Of a stretch of 64,000 bases of DNA, positions 36,672 to 46,092 are shown one piece after another. Below the pieces are notes generated by a model. The model was given only the letters and a program-made list of their open reading frames with translations. It was not told the origin of the DNA and ran no database searches. Origin of the DNA: Candidatus Omnitrophota bacterium (GTDB lineage: Bacteria; Omnitrophota; Gorgyraeia; Tantalellales; Tantalellaceae); NCBI GenBank assembly GCA_015231405.1, contig JADGBR010000010.1:14489-78488 (forward strand), read 5' to 3'. Each line of letters opens with the position of its first letter. The stretch's first letter is position 1. Made by a program: the position numbers and the translations under genes.

Positions 36672-39495
36672 CGCTATTTCTCCTTTCGTCCATGACATTC
36701 CCGCATCTTTGGCAAAGTTCCGGGTATTTTGAGTTGACTCCAACTATTTCGGCGTAGTTCCAACACCTGGGACATTTACAGCCCCTGGCCTTCCTTACTG
36801 ATATTAATAAAAGGCGCCCGCCGACCTTTTCCATATCTACGGCTGGACAGGCGACGATCTCCACCTGCGAAACCCTAAAAATAAAAGCCATAAGATCCCT
36901 CGAGCCCGAAAGAAAATCCGACTCTTTTGCATCCTCGGAATAAAGCTCAATTCTAGCATCAAGCGAGCTCCCTATCAAGCCTGTCGCCCTTTTTTCTTCA
37001 AGGGACTTCATCACCTCATTCCTTAAAGCGATGAGCCCGTCCCATTTGATCATAAGCGGCTCATCGTTCCATCCGGAGATGTCGTTCGACAACCCGGGCC
37101 ATAGCGACATATGCACGCTTTCCTCTTTTCCGTCGCATTTCACATATTCCCACACCTCATCCATCGTAAAAGCCAGTATCGGAGAAAGTATCCTGGTAAT
37201 GACGTCAAGGAGATGGAATATGACGGTCTGCCCGGAACGCCTCTGGGAAGACCCGGGAGACACTACGTACATGATATCCTTCTGTATATCAAGGTAAAAA
37301 GAGCTTATATCGGTCACGCAAAAATCATAGACCGACCTGTAAACTTTGTAAAACTCGAAATTGGCGTAATATCCGTCGTTATCCTTTACCAGCCTGTACA
37401 GTCTCGAAAGCATCCACCTGTCCACCTCATGCAATTCCCCGGGCGGCACACAATCGCGGGCATGGTCATAATCATAGAGGTTGCTTATGAGATATTTCAG
37501 CGTGTTCCTTATTTTCCTGTAACCGTCCGCGAGCCTCGCGAGTATCTCATCCGATAGTTTAATATCGCCCGAATAATCGCTGGAAGATACCCACAGGCGC
37601 AGGACATCCGCGCCGTACTTTTTCATTATCTCTTCCGGCTGGATGACGTTCCCCAGAGACTTTGACATCTTTTTCCCTTCGCCGTCCACGACAAAACCGT
37701 GCGTCAATACCTTCCTGTAGGGTGGGACGCCGTTTATGCCCATGGAGGTTATAATAGCGGCCTGGAACCAGCCCCTGTGCTGGTCAGAACCTTCGAGGTA
37801 GAGGTCGGCTGGGAAAGACAATTCCGGCCTCGCTTGCAGGACCGCCCTGAAACTGACTCCGGAATCGAACCATACGTCAAGTATATCCTGTTCCCTCACA
37901 AGGTCATCTTTCGCGCATTCAGGGCATTTTGTACCGGCGGGAACTATCTGGTCGATGGCTTTTTCGAACCACGCATCGGCCCCGTCCTTTTCGGTCAGCT
38001 TCGCCGTATTCCTGATGATCTGAGCAGTAGTGAACGCCTTGCCGCAGGAGCGGCATTTGACGGCCGGTATAGGAACGCCCCAATAGCGCTGCCTGGAGAG
38101 ACACCAGTCGGGTCTACCGGAGATCATTGCGCCTATTCGGTCAACGCCGCCTCCGGGAACCCACTTAACTTCATTATTTATGGCATGGACCATTTTCTCT
38201 CTGAGCCCGTCATGGTCGATCTTCATGAACCATTGTTCCGTCGCCCGGTAAATTATCGGGTCCTTGCATCGCCAACAATGCGGGTATGCATGCGTTATCT
38301 TATCGGCTAGGACAAGAGAACCGTTACCGGCCATTTTTTCTATTATCGCCTTATTCGCCTTGAAAACATCCTCACCCTCGAATTCTCCCGTCCCTTTCTT
38401 GAATCTCCCGCGTTCATCGACGGGCATAATAACGGGAAGCGAGAATTTTTTACCCGTGATATGATCGTCAGCTCCATGCCCGGGGGCCGTATGCACCGAG
38501 CCAGTACCTTCCTCTTTTGTAACATACGCCGCCGGGACAAGAACGGAATCCCTTTCAATGAATGGGTGTCTGACTGCCTGGATATCCTTTATGACCCGCT
38601 CGCCTGACATTTTCTCGAGTAAGGAGTAATTCCCCGCCGAGAATCTTTTCATTAACGGCTCAACCAGCTCGGACAACATCACCCATACTTCAGCGCCGAC
38701 CTCTACAAAGCTGTATTCAAATCCCGGGTTCAGGGCCACCGCCACGTTACCGAGAAGCGTCCATGGCGTCGTGGTCCATACGATGAAAACCAGATTTTTC
38801 CCGCGGTAAAGGTTTTTGGCGGGGAACTTCACGTATATGGACGGCGAGACCTTGTCCTCATACTCTACCTCAGCTTCGGCAAGCGCCGTTTCGCAGGTCT
38901 TACACCAGTTGACCGGCTTTAAGCCTTTGTAGATGAACCCTTTTTCATAGAGGTCTGCCAAAGCGTAAAGTATATTAGCCTCATAGGCTCTCGACAGTGT
39001 CAGATAAGGGTCATCCCAGTTCCCGAAAACCCCGAGCCTTTTGAACTCCTCTGCCTGTATCTTTACGAATTTCATGGCGTATTTATAAGCTTTTTTCCTG
39101 AACTCGACCTGAGATATATCGTTCTTGGTCATATTGAGCTCTTTGAAAAGCTGATGTTCTACCGGAAGGCCATGGCAATCCCATCCGGGTACGTACGGGG
39201 CATAATTTCCTTTTAACGCAGCGTATTTTACCGAGATGTCCTTAAGTATCTTGTTAAGGACATGACCCATATGTATGTGTCCGTTGGCGTAAGGCGGACC
39301 GTCATGAAGGATGTAAGTTTTCCCCGACGGCCTTCTCAGTGCGAGTATCTTTTCGTAAACCTTCATACCGTCCCATTTTCTTAGCGTCTCAGGCTCTCGC
39401 CTGGGAAGGTCCGCCTTCATCGAAAAAGTTGTTTTCGGAAGGTTCAGGGTATCTTTATAATTCGGTTTATCGTTCATTTGTTCCCTTGGATGCAT
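36661..39495 (-). CDS. ileS: isoleucine--tRNA ligase
   Basis: 944 aa with the HMGH and KMSKS motifs and a C-terminal zinc-ribbon cysteine cluster (CPRC..C..C). Confidence 0.95.
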   Translation of the reverse strand: MHPREQMNDKPNYKDTLNLPKTTFSMKADLPRREPETLRKWDGMKVYEKILALRRPSGKTYILHDGPPYANGHIHMGHVLNKILKDISVKYAALKGNYAPYVPGWDCHGLPVEHQLFKELNMTKNDISQVEFRKKAYKYAMKFVKIQAEEFKRLGVFGNWDDPYLTLSRAYEANILYALADLYEKGFIYKGLKPVNWCKTCETALAEAEVEYEDKVSPSIYVKFPAKNLYRGKNLVFIVWTTTPWTLLGNVAVALNPGFEYSFVEVGAEVWVMLSELVEPLMKRFSAGNYSLLEKMSGERVIKDIQAVRHPFIERDSVLVPAAYVTKEEGTGSVHTAPGHGADDHITGKKFSLPVIMPVDERGRFKKGTGEFEGEDVFKANKAIIEKMAGNGSLVLADKITHAYPHCWRCKDPIIYRATEQWFMKIDHDGLREKMVHAINNEVKWVPGGGVDRIGAMISGRPDWCLSRQRYWGVPIPAVKCRSCGKAFTTAQIIRNTAKLTEKDGADAWFEKAIDQIVPAGTKCPECAKDDLVREQDILDVWFDSGVSFRAVLQARPELSFPADLYLEGSDQHRGWFQAAIITSMGINGVPPYRKVLTHGFVVDGEGKKMSKSLGNVIQPEEIMKKYGADVLRLWVSSSDYSGDIKLSDEILARLADGYRKIRNTLKYLISNLYDYDHARDCVPPGELHEVDRWMLSRLYRLVKDNDGYYANFEFYKVYRSVYDFCVTDISSFYLDIQKDIMYVVSPGSSQRRSGQTVIFHLLDVITRILSPILAFTMDEVWEYVKCDGKEESVHMSLWPGLSNDISGWNDEPLMIKWDGLIALRNEVMKSLEEKRATGLIGSSLDARIELYSEDAKESDFLSGSRDLMAFIFRVSQVEIVACPAVDMEKVGGRLLLISVRKARGCKCPRCWNYAEIVGVNSKYPELCQRCGNVMDERRNSDGQ

Positions 39496-39519
39496 CCGCC
39501 ATGCATTTTATCATTGTCT

Positions 39520-40383
39520 TTAAATAAACCCCTTAACGATCGGCCCCAGCTTATCCAGCGTTGCGCGAGGAATGGCGTCTTTGCTTGTTATTATCGCGTC
39601 CTTCAACGCGTTCATGCAAGAGCATGTCCTCTTTCCCGGGATACCGGCCACGGTATTAAGGAGCATTTTTTTTGAAGTTTCCGCGTTCTTCATAAGATTC
39701 GCTATTATCATCTCCACCGTTACACATTCGGCGGAAGGACCTTCGCGCCAGCAGTCATAATCGGTTATCATGGCTATCGAAGCGTAACATAACCCGGCCT
39801 CGCGGGCAAGCCTTGCCTCGGCGATATTTGTCATGCCTATGACATCCGCCCCCCATGAACGGTAAAGTTCGGATTCGGCTTTAGTAGAAAAAGCCGGACC
39901 TTCCATGTTTATATATGTACCGTCGCGGTGTATCTTTACGGGCATTTTCGCGTTCAGGTCATAAATAGCCGCTCGAAGTGACGGGCAAACCGGCTCCGCA
40001 AAAGAGATGTGCGCGACGATGCCTTCCCCGAAAAAAGTCATTCTCCTGGCCGAATTCGTCCTGTCGATGAACTGATCCACCAGGAGCATATCTAGCGGCT
40101 TAAGTTCTTCCTTAAGGCTGCCTACAGCCGAAATTGCTATAATGCGGTCAACTCCCAGGACCTTAAAACCGTATATGTTCGCCCGGTAATTTATTTCAGA
40201 AGGCATCAGGCGATGACCTTCGCCGTGCCGGGCAAGAAAAACTACCTCTTTTCCCGACAATTTCCCTTTCATATATTCCCCTGAAGGCTCTCCGAAAGGG
40301 GTCTCAACCTTCACCTTCTCGTCAACCTCTAGACTCTCAATATTATAAAGCGCCGATCCGCCTATCACCCCGATCTTCGTCAT
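39520..40383 (-). CDS. mtnP: S-methyl-5'-thioadenosine phosphorylase (PNP/MTAP family)
   Basis: 287 aa, MTAP-like throughout (MTKIGVIGGS...GMTNIAEARLAREAGLCYASIAMITDYD). Confidence 0.8.
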   Translation of the reverse strand: MTKIGVIGGSALYNIESLEVDEKVKVETPFGEPSGEYMKGKLSGKEVVFLARHGEGHRLMPSEINYRANIYGFKVLGVDRIIAISAVGSLKEELKPLDMLLVDQFIDRTNSARRMTFFGEGIVAHISFAEPVCPSLRAAIYDLNAKMPVKIHRDGTYINMEGPAFSTKAESELYRSWGADVIGMTNIAEARLAREAGLCYASIAMITDYDCWREGPSAECVTVEMIIANLMKNAETSKKMLLNTVAGIPGKRTCSCMNALKDAIITSKDAIPRATLDKLGPIVKGFI

Positions 40384-40385
40384 AT

Positions 40386-40601
40386 TTACAAGACCTCCAA
40401 TATCTTGTTCCTGCTTTTCTCCCCGGCGATTATCCGAACCCTGCTTTTAGGGACCTTATACCTCGCGGCTACCAGCTCGATCACGGACTTGTTGGCTTTT
40501 CCCTTTTCGGGAGCAGCCGAAACATACGCTCTTATCACTCCATCCTTCTCGACAAGCTCCTCTCTCGAAGCCTTAGGGTGGACTTTTACCTCCAGCCTCA
40601 T
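40386..40601 (-). CDS. DUF167 / YggU-family protein
   Basis: 71 aa with a YggU-like sequence (KVHPKASREEL...GKANKSVIELVAARYKVPKSRVRIIAGEKSRNKIL). Confidence 0.7.
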   Translation of the reverse strand: MRLEVKVHPKASREELVEKDGVIRAYVSAAPEKGKANKSVIELVAARYKVPKSRVRIIAGEKSRNKILEVL

Positions 40602-40653
40602 CTCTACCTGCGCTTGCGCTTGATGACCAGGTACTAGTTTTAGGTTATAGATG

Positions 40654-40702
40654 TTAGGTTTTAGGTGTCAATGCTTTACAACAACGAACACCTAAAACCT
40701 AT
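40654..40702. other. intergenic hairpin (TTAGGTTTTAGGTGT-N19-ACACCTAAAACCTAT)
   Basis: 15-bp stem with one mismatch, between yggU and yggT. Confidence 0.55.
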
Positions 40703-40709
40703 AAACCAG

Positions 40710-41006
40710 CTAACCCAACCTGTACGCCAACTGATACAGTATCCCGACTATGACGTTCTTGACCACGCTCAACAAAAGGAACGCCACGATCGGCGAAAAA
40801 TCTATCATGCCCACCTGAAGCGGAAGCCTTCTCAGAGGGGCCAGTATGGGATCGGTGACAGAGTACACTATGCGTACGATCTCGTTATATTCATCCGCTC
40901 CGACCCAAGATATCACTATACGGATCACCAGAATAAAATAGACGACGCTAAAGAGTATCGAGACCAGGAGTGCAAGGCCTCTTATGATCTCAGCAACTAT
41001 GAACAT
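40710..41006 (-). CDS. YggT/Ycf19-family membrane protein
   Basis: 98 aa with two TM helices. It shows YggT-like conservation and sits next to yggU as in yggS-yggT-yggU-type arrangements. Confidence 0.7.
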   Translation of the reverse strand: MFIVAEIIRGLALLVSILFSVVYFILVIRIVISWVGADEYNEIVRIVYSVTDPILAPLRRLPLQVGMIDFSPIVAFLLLSVVKNVIVGILYQLAYRLG

Positions 41007-41030
41007 TGTATCCTTTCGCTCCCCGTTTCA

Positions 41031-41828
41031 TCACCGCGACAATTCTACGGAACGGCATTTCGCCTTATCCACGGCGTTAATTACGATCTTTTTAAGACCT
41101 TGTTTGTCGAATATCCTAAGGGCGGCTTCGGTTGTCCCCCCCTTGGAAGCTACTTGCTTGACCAACTCAGCCGGAATAATTCCATCATCCATAAGAAGAG
41201 CGGCACCCCGAACGGTCTGGCGGACGATCTTAAGTGCGATATCCCTGGACAGACCCATTTTTACCGCCGCTTCGACCATGGAAGCGGCCATGAAGAATAA
41301 ATAAGCCGGTCCACTGCCGGCGACGGCCGTAAATGCGTCAAAATACTTCTCATCAAGAGGAACGACATCCCCAATGGCCTTGAATATGCCTATCGCCTCT
41401 TCCTTCTTCGTTACGTGAATATTAAAGGCTATCGCGGTGACGCTGGCGCCTTTTTTTGCCGCAAGGTTGGGCATCGCCCTGGCGACAGGTGTCTTTTTAC
41501 CTATATATCTGTTTACGGTCGCGATCCTAACCCCGGCCATGATAGTTATTACCATGGTCTTTCCCGTAATATGCCGGGCTATCTCAGGAAAAAGGTCGGA
41601 TGAGTCCTGGGGTTTAACGGCTATTATTATGTAGTCCGACCCCTTAATAAGCGACTCGAGATCCACGCCTACGGCACCTGTCCTTTTAGAAAGGCCCCTC
41701 TGTTTTAAAGCATCCTTATCACTCAGAAAGATCTTCTCCGGCACGCATATTCGCTTCGCTAATAAGCCCTCGGCGATGGAAGCGCCCATGATCCCACACC
41801 CAATAATGCCGACTTTTATTTGTCCCAT
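41031..41828 (-). CDS. proC: pyrroline-5-carboxylate reductase
   Basis: The first ATG is at 41828 (MGQIKVGIIGCGIMG, a Rossmann motif). The track start at 41855 is a TTG. Confidence 0.85.
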   Translation of the reverse strand: MGQIKVGIIGCGIMGASIAEGLLAKRICVPEKIFLSDKDALKQRGLSKRTGAVGVDLESLIKGSDYIIIAVKPQDSSDLFPEIARHITGKTMVITIMAGVRIATVNRYIGKKTPVARAMPNLAAKKGASVTAIAFNIHVTKKEEAIGIFKAIGDVVPLDEKYFDAFTAVAGSGPAYLFFMAASMVEAAVKMGLSRDIALKIVRQTVRGAALLMDDGIIPAELVKQVASKGGTTEAALRIFDKQGLKKIVINAVDKAKCRSVELSR

Positions 41829-41884
41829 TTTATGCGAGTTCCTATGTATACCCAATTGATTTAGAGGACAAAAATATCATACTT

Positions 41885-42123
41885 AGGAGAGAAAGTCAAC
41901 TGAAGAAGGCTCGCACTCGTTAACGCCTTCGGCGCGGGAAACAATGGACCCTTGGGGAACAATTAATACACAGGCTTGAAAAAGCAGGAACAAAATACCC
42001 GCACTCGTCAGCCAAACACGGTTAATGGACCCATACTACTCCCCGGGTTGAAACCCTGGGTTTCCAGGTAAAGACCCATACTGAGGCGGCTTACATGTAA
42101 CCCCGCCTTTAACAGCGGGGTTT
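41885..42123 (+). ncRNA. candidate structured small RNA (unassigned family) ending in an intrinsic terminator
   Basis: The 284-nt gap has no ORF. On the plus strand there is a possible TTGATT-N16/17 promoter at 41856-41884, internal hairpins (GGGTT-ga-AACCC, CCTGG-gttt-CCAGG, GGCGG..CCGCC), and a terminal CCCCGC-cuuuaaca-GCGGGG followed by UUU at 42101-42123. Confidence 0.25.
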
Positions 42124-42139
42124 AGCGCCTCCGAATGTA

Positions 42140-43195
42140 TCAAAAATATCTATCCAGAAAGGTTACGATCTTCTTGTAAGCGTACCTGATAGGATTATCG
42201 GAAGGGACCTCCGCCTTTCTTTCGGCGGCTAAAAGTTCAAGAACGCCTATACAACCCGCGTATCCCATCCTGTCCTCCACTGAAAGCTCATCGAAAGGTT
42301 TCATGATATAGGGAGCTGAACGAACGGGTTTATCGACGCTTTTTTCGAGATATTCCAGCGTTTCGTCGCTGATACCCGATTCGCTGGTAACTATGATCTT
42401 CTTAGCCAGAGCCCATCCGTCCATTTCTTTCACGAAGTCTATGAGTCCGCTGAGATTCTCTTCTGAGACGTTAAGGTCCCCTGCTTTTGAAGATAAATCC
42501 TTGACCGGGATCACACGCGCTGAAAGTGCCTTGCCTTGGAAGAACACCGATAGCTCAATGATATCCTCGTACTGGTTGATAAAAATAACGCCGTCATTCC
42601 TGTCCTTTTCTGGGACAAGGCTGTGGGAATTCGCCAGGCCAGAAAATATTTTACCCCGGCAAGAATATCCCGCGAAAGCGATACTTTTCTCTATGTTCCT
42701 GAGTATCGAGGAATCCATTAAAAGAATATTCATTTCAACCCCGAGTCTCACCCCTTCCAATCCCACAGGCTCAGCGATCCCTCTTTCATTGTCGATCTCA
42801 AACCCGCTAACTATAACGTGAAGGGGTTCCTTACTTTCCGGCAATCTCACTATCGATCCCAATTGAACGCATTTATCCCTGTCCCGTCGGGTGATCTCTC
42901 TGCCATACCTCGAAAGAAGTATGGACCCTTTGGCGGGAAGCATTTCCATTGAGGTGGATGAGACCGCGAAATAAAGATCATATACTTTTTTCCCCGTCTT
43001 CTTCCGCAATTTTTCCATGACTTCCTGAACGGATTCGGAGGCGAATCCTATATCGGTTACCACTCCGCGCTTTATCCCTTTCGCCTGGGCCTTTGCCGAG
43101 CCTTCGATCGCATATTCCGATCTCCCCCGCCATGACGCTATTATCCCGTAAACTTCCTTGCCTTTAAAATCCAGTACGGCGAAACTTTTTGTCAT
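42140..43195 (-). CDS. ftsA: FtsA-like actin-family cell division protein (short, divergent)
   Basis: 351 aa. It aligns with E. coli FtsA through the 1A/1C/2A regions (PLHVIVSGFEIDNERGIAEPVGLEGVRLGVEM against [29 protein letters not shown]). The glycine-rich phosphate motifs (DIGGGT, LTGGA) are not conserved. Confidence 0.65.
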   Translation of the reverse strand: MTKSFAVLDFKGKEVYGIIASWRGRSEYAIEGSAKAQAKGIKRGVVTDIGFASESVQEVMEKLRKKTGKKVYDLYFAVSSTSMEMLPAKGSILLSRYGREITRRDRDKCVQLGSIVRLPESKEPLHVIVSGFEIDNERGIAEPVGLEGVRLGVEMNILLMDSSILRNIEKSIAFAGYSCRGKIFSGLANSHSLVPEKDRNDGVIFINQYEDIIELSVFFQGKALSARVIPVKDLSSKAGDLNVSEENLSGLIDFVKEMDGWALAKKIIVTSESGISDETLEYLEKSVDKPVRSAPYIMKPFDELSVEDRMGYAGCIGVLELLAAERKAEVPSDNPIRYAYKKIVTFLDRYF

Positions 43196-43323
43196 TGCGG
43201 CTCCTTATATCCTATTTAATGATCCAATGTGCTGAGCGGTGAGTGGCCGAAGGTAAAAGTGATCGTGTTCATTGTATTGGACCATTTCCCCTTCCGAGAC
43301 CCGTTCCCCTTGACCCTTAACGA

Positions 43324-44121
43324 TCATTTCGGCGATATCACTATTTTCTCAAACCTCAGGTCGATGTATGCGATCTCTTTCAAATTAACTTTCGGATCCG
43401 ACAGTACCATCTTCAATCGATCTATGTTCCTAGTGAAATCCGAGCGCCCGAGTTTTATAGTGACGCCCGAAAGGTCCATGGTGATATCGTTAATATTGCC
43501 GACATCTACAAAGGTGACCGGAGCTTTTTCTTTTATCCTTTGTTTTTCGACAAGGTTTAATATCTCAAAGGCCTTTTCGACCTGACGCGTAAGCAATACT
43601 TCCCCGGGCCTGGGCGTATTAATAAAAAATTTTACCCCTTTTATCCTTAATAGGTCTTTAACGGACGTATTGTCAGCCATAACCACCGCTTCCCGGTCTA
43701 TAACTACAGCTGGCTTAGCGTCGATGACGGCGTACGGCTCCCTCTCCGTTATTATCACATCTATCCTGTCGGGCAGGACCCTTCGCACTTCGATATACTT
43801 GCACTGAGGACGCGCTTCTTCTATGAAAGCGCGTATCTGCCTTAGATTTATCGAGAATATATTCCGGCCCATGTAAAGGCCTTCGAGGTCAAGGCCCGGC
43901 TTAAGAGAATACTCTTCCGCCCCTTTCTTTACCGATATTTCCTTTACGGAAAAATTATCACTGTCATTCAAAAACCTCCATGTGCCAAATCCAAGGGCCG
44001 AAACAAGAACAGCCGAGGCCAGGAAGGCAACGGTCAACCTGTGGCGCGTCAACCACATAAGATCGATCACTCTTTTAGTGCCGGATCTTTTTTGTCTGGG
44101 CGTTCGTTTTCTCCCCGTCAC
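43324..44121 (-). CDS. ftsQ: cell division protein FtsQ/DivIB (POTRA domain)
   Basis: TM helix plus POTRA-like region. Start taken at the GTG at 44121 with AAGGGG 6 nt upstream, overlapping the ddl stop as TAGTG. The track start at 44166 is a TTG. Confidence 0.7.
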   Translation of the reverse strand: MTGRKRTPRQKRSGTKRVIDLMWLTRHRLTVAFLASAVLVSALGFGTWRFLNDSDNFSVKEISVKKGAEEYSLKPGLDLEGLYMGRNIFSINLRQIRAFIEEARPQCKYIEVRRVLPDRIDVIITEREPYAVIDAKPAVVIDREAVVMADNTSVKDLLRIKGVKFFINTPRPGEVLLTRQVEKAFEILNLVEKQRIKEKAPVTFVDVGNINDITMDLSGVTIKLGRSDFTRNIDRLKMVLSDPKVNLKEIAYIDLRFEKIVISPK

Positions 44122-45074
44122 TATTTTCCCCTTTTTTTGAGCGCGCTGTAAAGTATGACAAGACAAAGCTCATCGAACTCTATCCCAGCCTGTTTTGCCG
44201 CCATCGGCAAAAGGCTTCTCGAAGTAAGCCCGGGGATAGTGTTAACCTCAAGAACGAATATCCTGTTATGTTCGTCCAACCTGAGATCGACCCTGGAAAA
44301 CCCGTCGCAACCAAGGGACATGTGCGCCCTCAAACCGATCTCGCTGGCTCTCTCGGACAACTCCTTGGATATTTCAGCCGGGACTATGTACCTGGTCTCT
44401 TTCGACATGTACTTGGCATTGTAATCGTAGATCCCGCCTTCCGCTCTGATCTCGATGACGGGAAGGGGCCTGTTCTCCAGCACACCTACCGTCAATTCCT
44501 TCCCTGGCACATAATCCTCGACCATCACCTTATCGGAATAATCGAGAGCCGTCTTGACGGCCTTCCTTATATCATTGCCGGTAAATACCACGCTAAGCCC
44601 AATGCTGGAACCCTCGGAAACCGGCTTTACAACGCAAGGATACTTTATTACACGCGATATATCTCTGTCAAAATCCTCGATCACGACATGCCCGGGGGTG
44701 TCTATGTTATCTTTCATGAATTGTTCCTTAGCCGCGAGTTTATCAAGGGCCTTTCGGGAGGAAATATCGTCAGATCCCGTGTATGGTATCCCGAGCCCGG
44801 AAAGCTTTTTCTGTACGGTCCCGTCCTCACCGAACCTCCCGTGAAGGGCTAGAAAAGCGATGTCAAAATCCCTTTCGACGAGAAAATCGAACGATTCGTC
44901 CTTAATATCGATAAAGACGGGATAAAACCCGCATCTTAAAAGAGCGGCTTCGACGGCTCTGCCGCTTTTGAGGCTTACTTCCCGCTCGCTTGAAGGACCT
45001 CCGGCCAGGATGGCTATCCTGAACTCCTTGAGCTCTTCCGCCATTTTTGTGAAGCGATTTTTTTCGTCGGCCAT
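44121..45074 (-). CDS. ddl: D-alanine--D-alanine ligase
   Basis: ATP-grasp, Ddl-like throughout. Start taken at the ATG at 45074, preceded by AGGAG 7 nt upstream. An alternative ATG lies at 45044, and the track start at 45131 is a GTG. Confidence 0.9.
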   Translation of the reverse strand: MADEKNRFTKMAEELKEFRIAILAGGPSSEREVSLKSGRAVEAALLRCGFYPVFIDIKDESFDFLVERDFDIAFLALHGRFGEDGTVQKKLSGLGIPYTGSDDISSRKALDKLAAKEQFMKDNIDTPGHVVIEDFDRDISRVIKYPCVVKPVSEGSSIGLSVVFTGNDIRKAVKTALDYSDKVMVEDYVPGKELTVGVLENRPLPVIEIRAEGGIYDYNAKYMSKETRYIVPAEISKELSERASEIGLRAHMSLGCDGFSRVDLRLDEHNRIFVLEVNTIPGLTSRSLLPMAAKQAGIEFDELCLVILYSALKKRGK

Positions 45075-45090
45075 GCGCTTACTCCTATTC

Positions 45091-45150
45091 GCGATTCGTA
45101 TCGAAAATCGCAGATCTACCCCTACAAACACGAACCACTATCCACGAATC
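45091..45150. repeat. degenerate copy of the GTGGTTCG-type palindromic element
   Basis: The right half CACGAACCACTATCCACGAATC matches the right arms of the copies at 27309 and 58931. The left half retains only GATTCGT. Confidence 0.45.
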
Positions 45151-45177
45151 TAGACCACTATCTTTCATCCCCGATCA

Positions 45178-46092
45178 TCATCCTATTATCTCTATTTCCG
45201 GCTCAAGTTCAACACCGAACATCTTAAAAACCTTATCCCCGGCAACACCCATAAGCCTGGCAACGTCATCGCTCGAAGCCCCTCCCGAATTAACTATAAA
45301 ATTTGCGTGCTTTCCGGATATCAACGCACCGCCGACCCTTGCACCTTTAAGCCCGGCATTCTCTAAAAGTTTTCCAGCCGGCAAAAAATTACCGGCTGGA
45401 TTCTTAAAAACACAACCGAGCGTTCTTTCTTCCAAAGGCTGTTTGAGAAGTTTCTCGATAAAAGTCATTTTTATCCGCTCTCGGATCTCTGACGAAAGCT
45501 TACTCTCCATCAGAAATTCAGCTTCTAAGATAATAGTTTCCCTGAGCGAACTTCTTCTGTAGCTGAACTCAGCCTTCTCTTTTTGTATAACTTCAACTGC
45601 TCCGTCCCTGTTTATGACCTTCACGGACAAAAGGTTCTCGCTGACGGCGCACTTATTGCTCGCATTGTTTATCAGCGCCCCTCCGAGAGTCCCGGGGATA
45701 CCCGCCAGGCCTTCGAATCCGGAAAGACCGTTCTTCGCCGAAAAGGTTATCAAGGAGCTCAGTTTAGCCCCGGCCCCGCTTATCAATATCTTTCCGGATA
45801 CAGTCATGCGCTTAAAATTCTCATGTTCCAGCAATATGAAGACCTTGTCATAATAAATATCCTTAAACAGAAGATTGCTTCCTTTCCCGATGACCATATA
45901 TTGAATGCCGTTCCCAATTAGATATGCGACGAGCGATCCGAGCTCAACCCCGCATGAAGGGCTGTAAACGGAGAAAGCCGTGCCGCCCGCAAAGAAAGTA
46001 TTGTATTTTGCCAGAGGCTCGTCGAAAACGACGGCTCCCCCCATAGCCGCGGCATGAGCCCACAGTGACCGTCTGACCTGCTCTTTATTCAT
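45178..46092 (-). CDS. murB: UDP-N-acetylenolpyruvoylglucosamine reductase
   Basis: 304 aa with an FAD-binding domain and a MurB C-terminal domain. Confidence 0.9.
   Translation of the reverse strand: MNKEQVRRSLWAHAAAMGGAVVFDEPLAKYNTFFAGGTAFSVYSPSCGVELGSLVAYLIGNGIQYMVIGKGSNLLFKDIYYDKVFILLEHENFKRMTVSGKILISGAGAKLSSLITFSAKNGLSGFEGLAGIPGTLGGALINNASNKCAVSENLLSVKVINRDGAVEVIQKEKAEFSYRRSSLRETIILEAEFLMESKLSSEIRERIKMTFIEKLLKQPLEERTLGCVFKNPAGNFLPAGKLLENAGLKGARVGGALISGKHANFIVNSGGASSDDVARLMGVAGDKVFKMFGVELEPEIEIIG

Noticed and set aside
41856-42139. RNase P RNA or tmRNA in the proC-ftsA gap
   Set aside because: The gap (284 nt) is too short for RNase P RNA, and none of the universal P4 or tmRNA tRNA-like/tag-peptide motifs is visible. 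It is left as an unassigned sRNA candidate.
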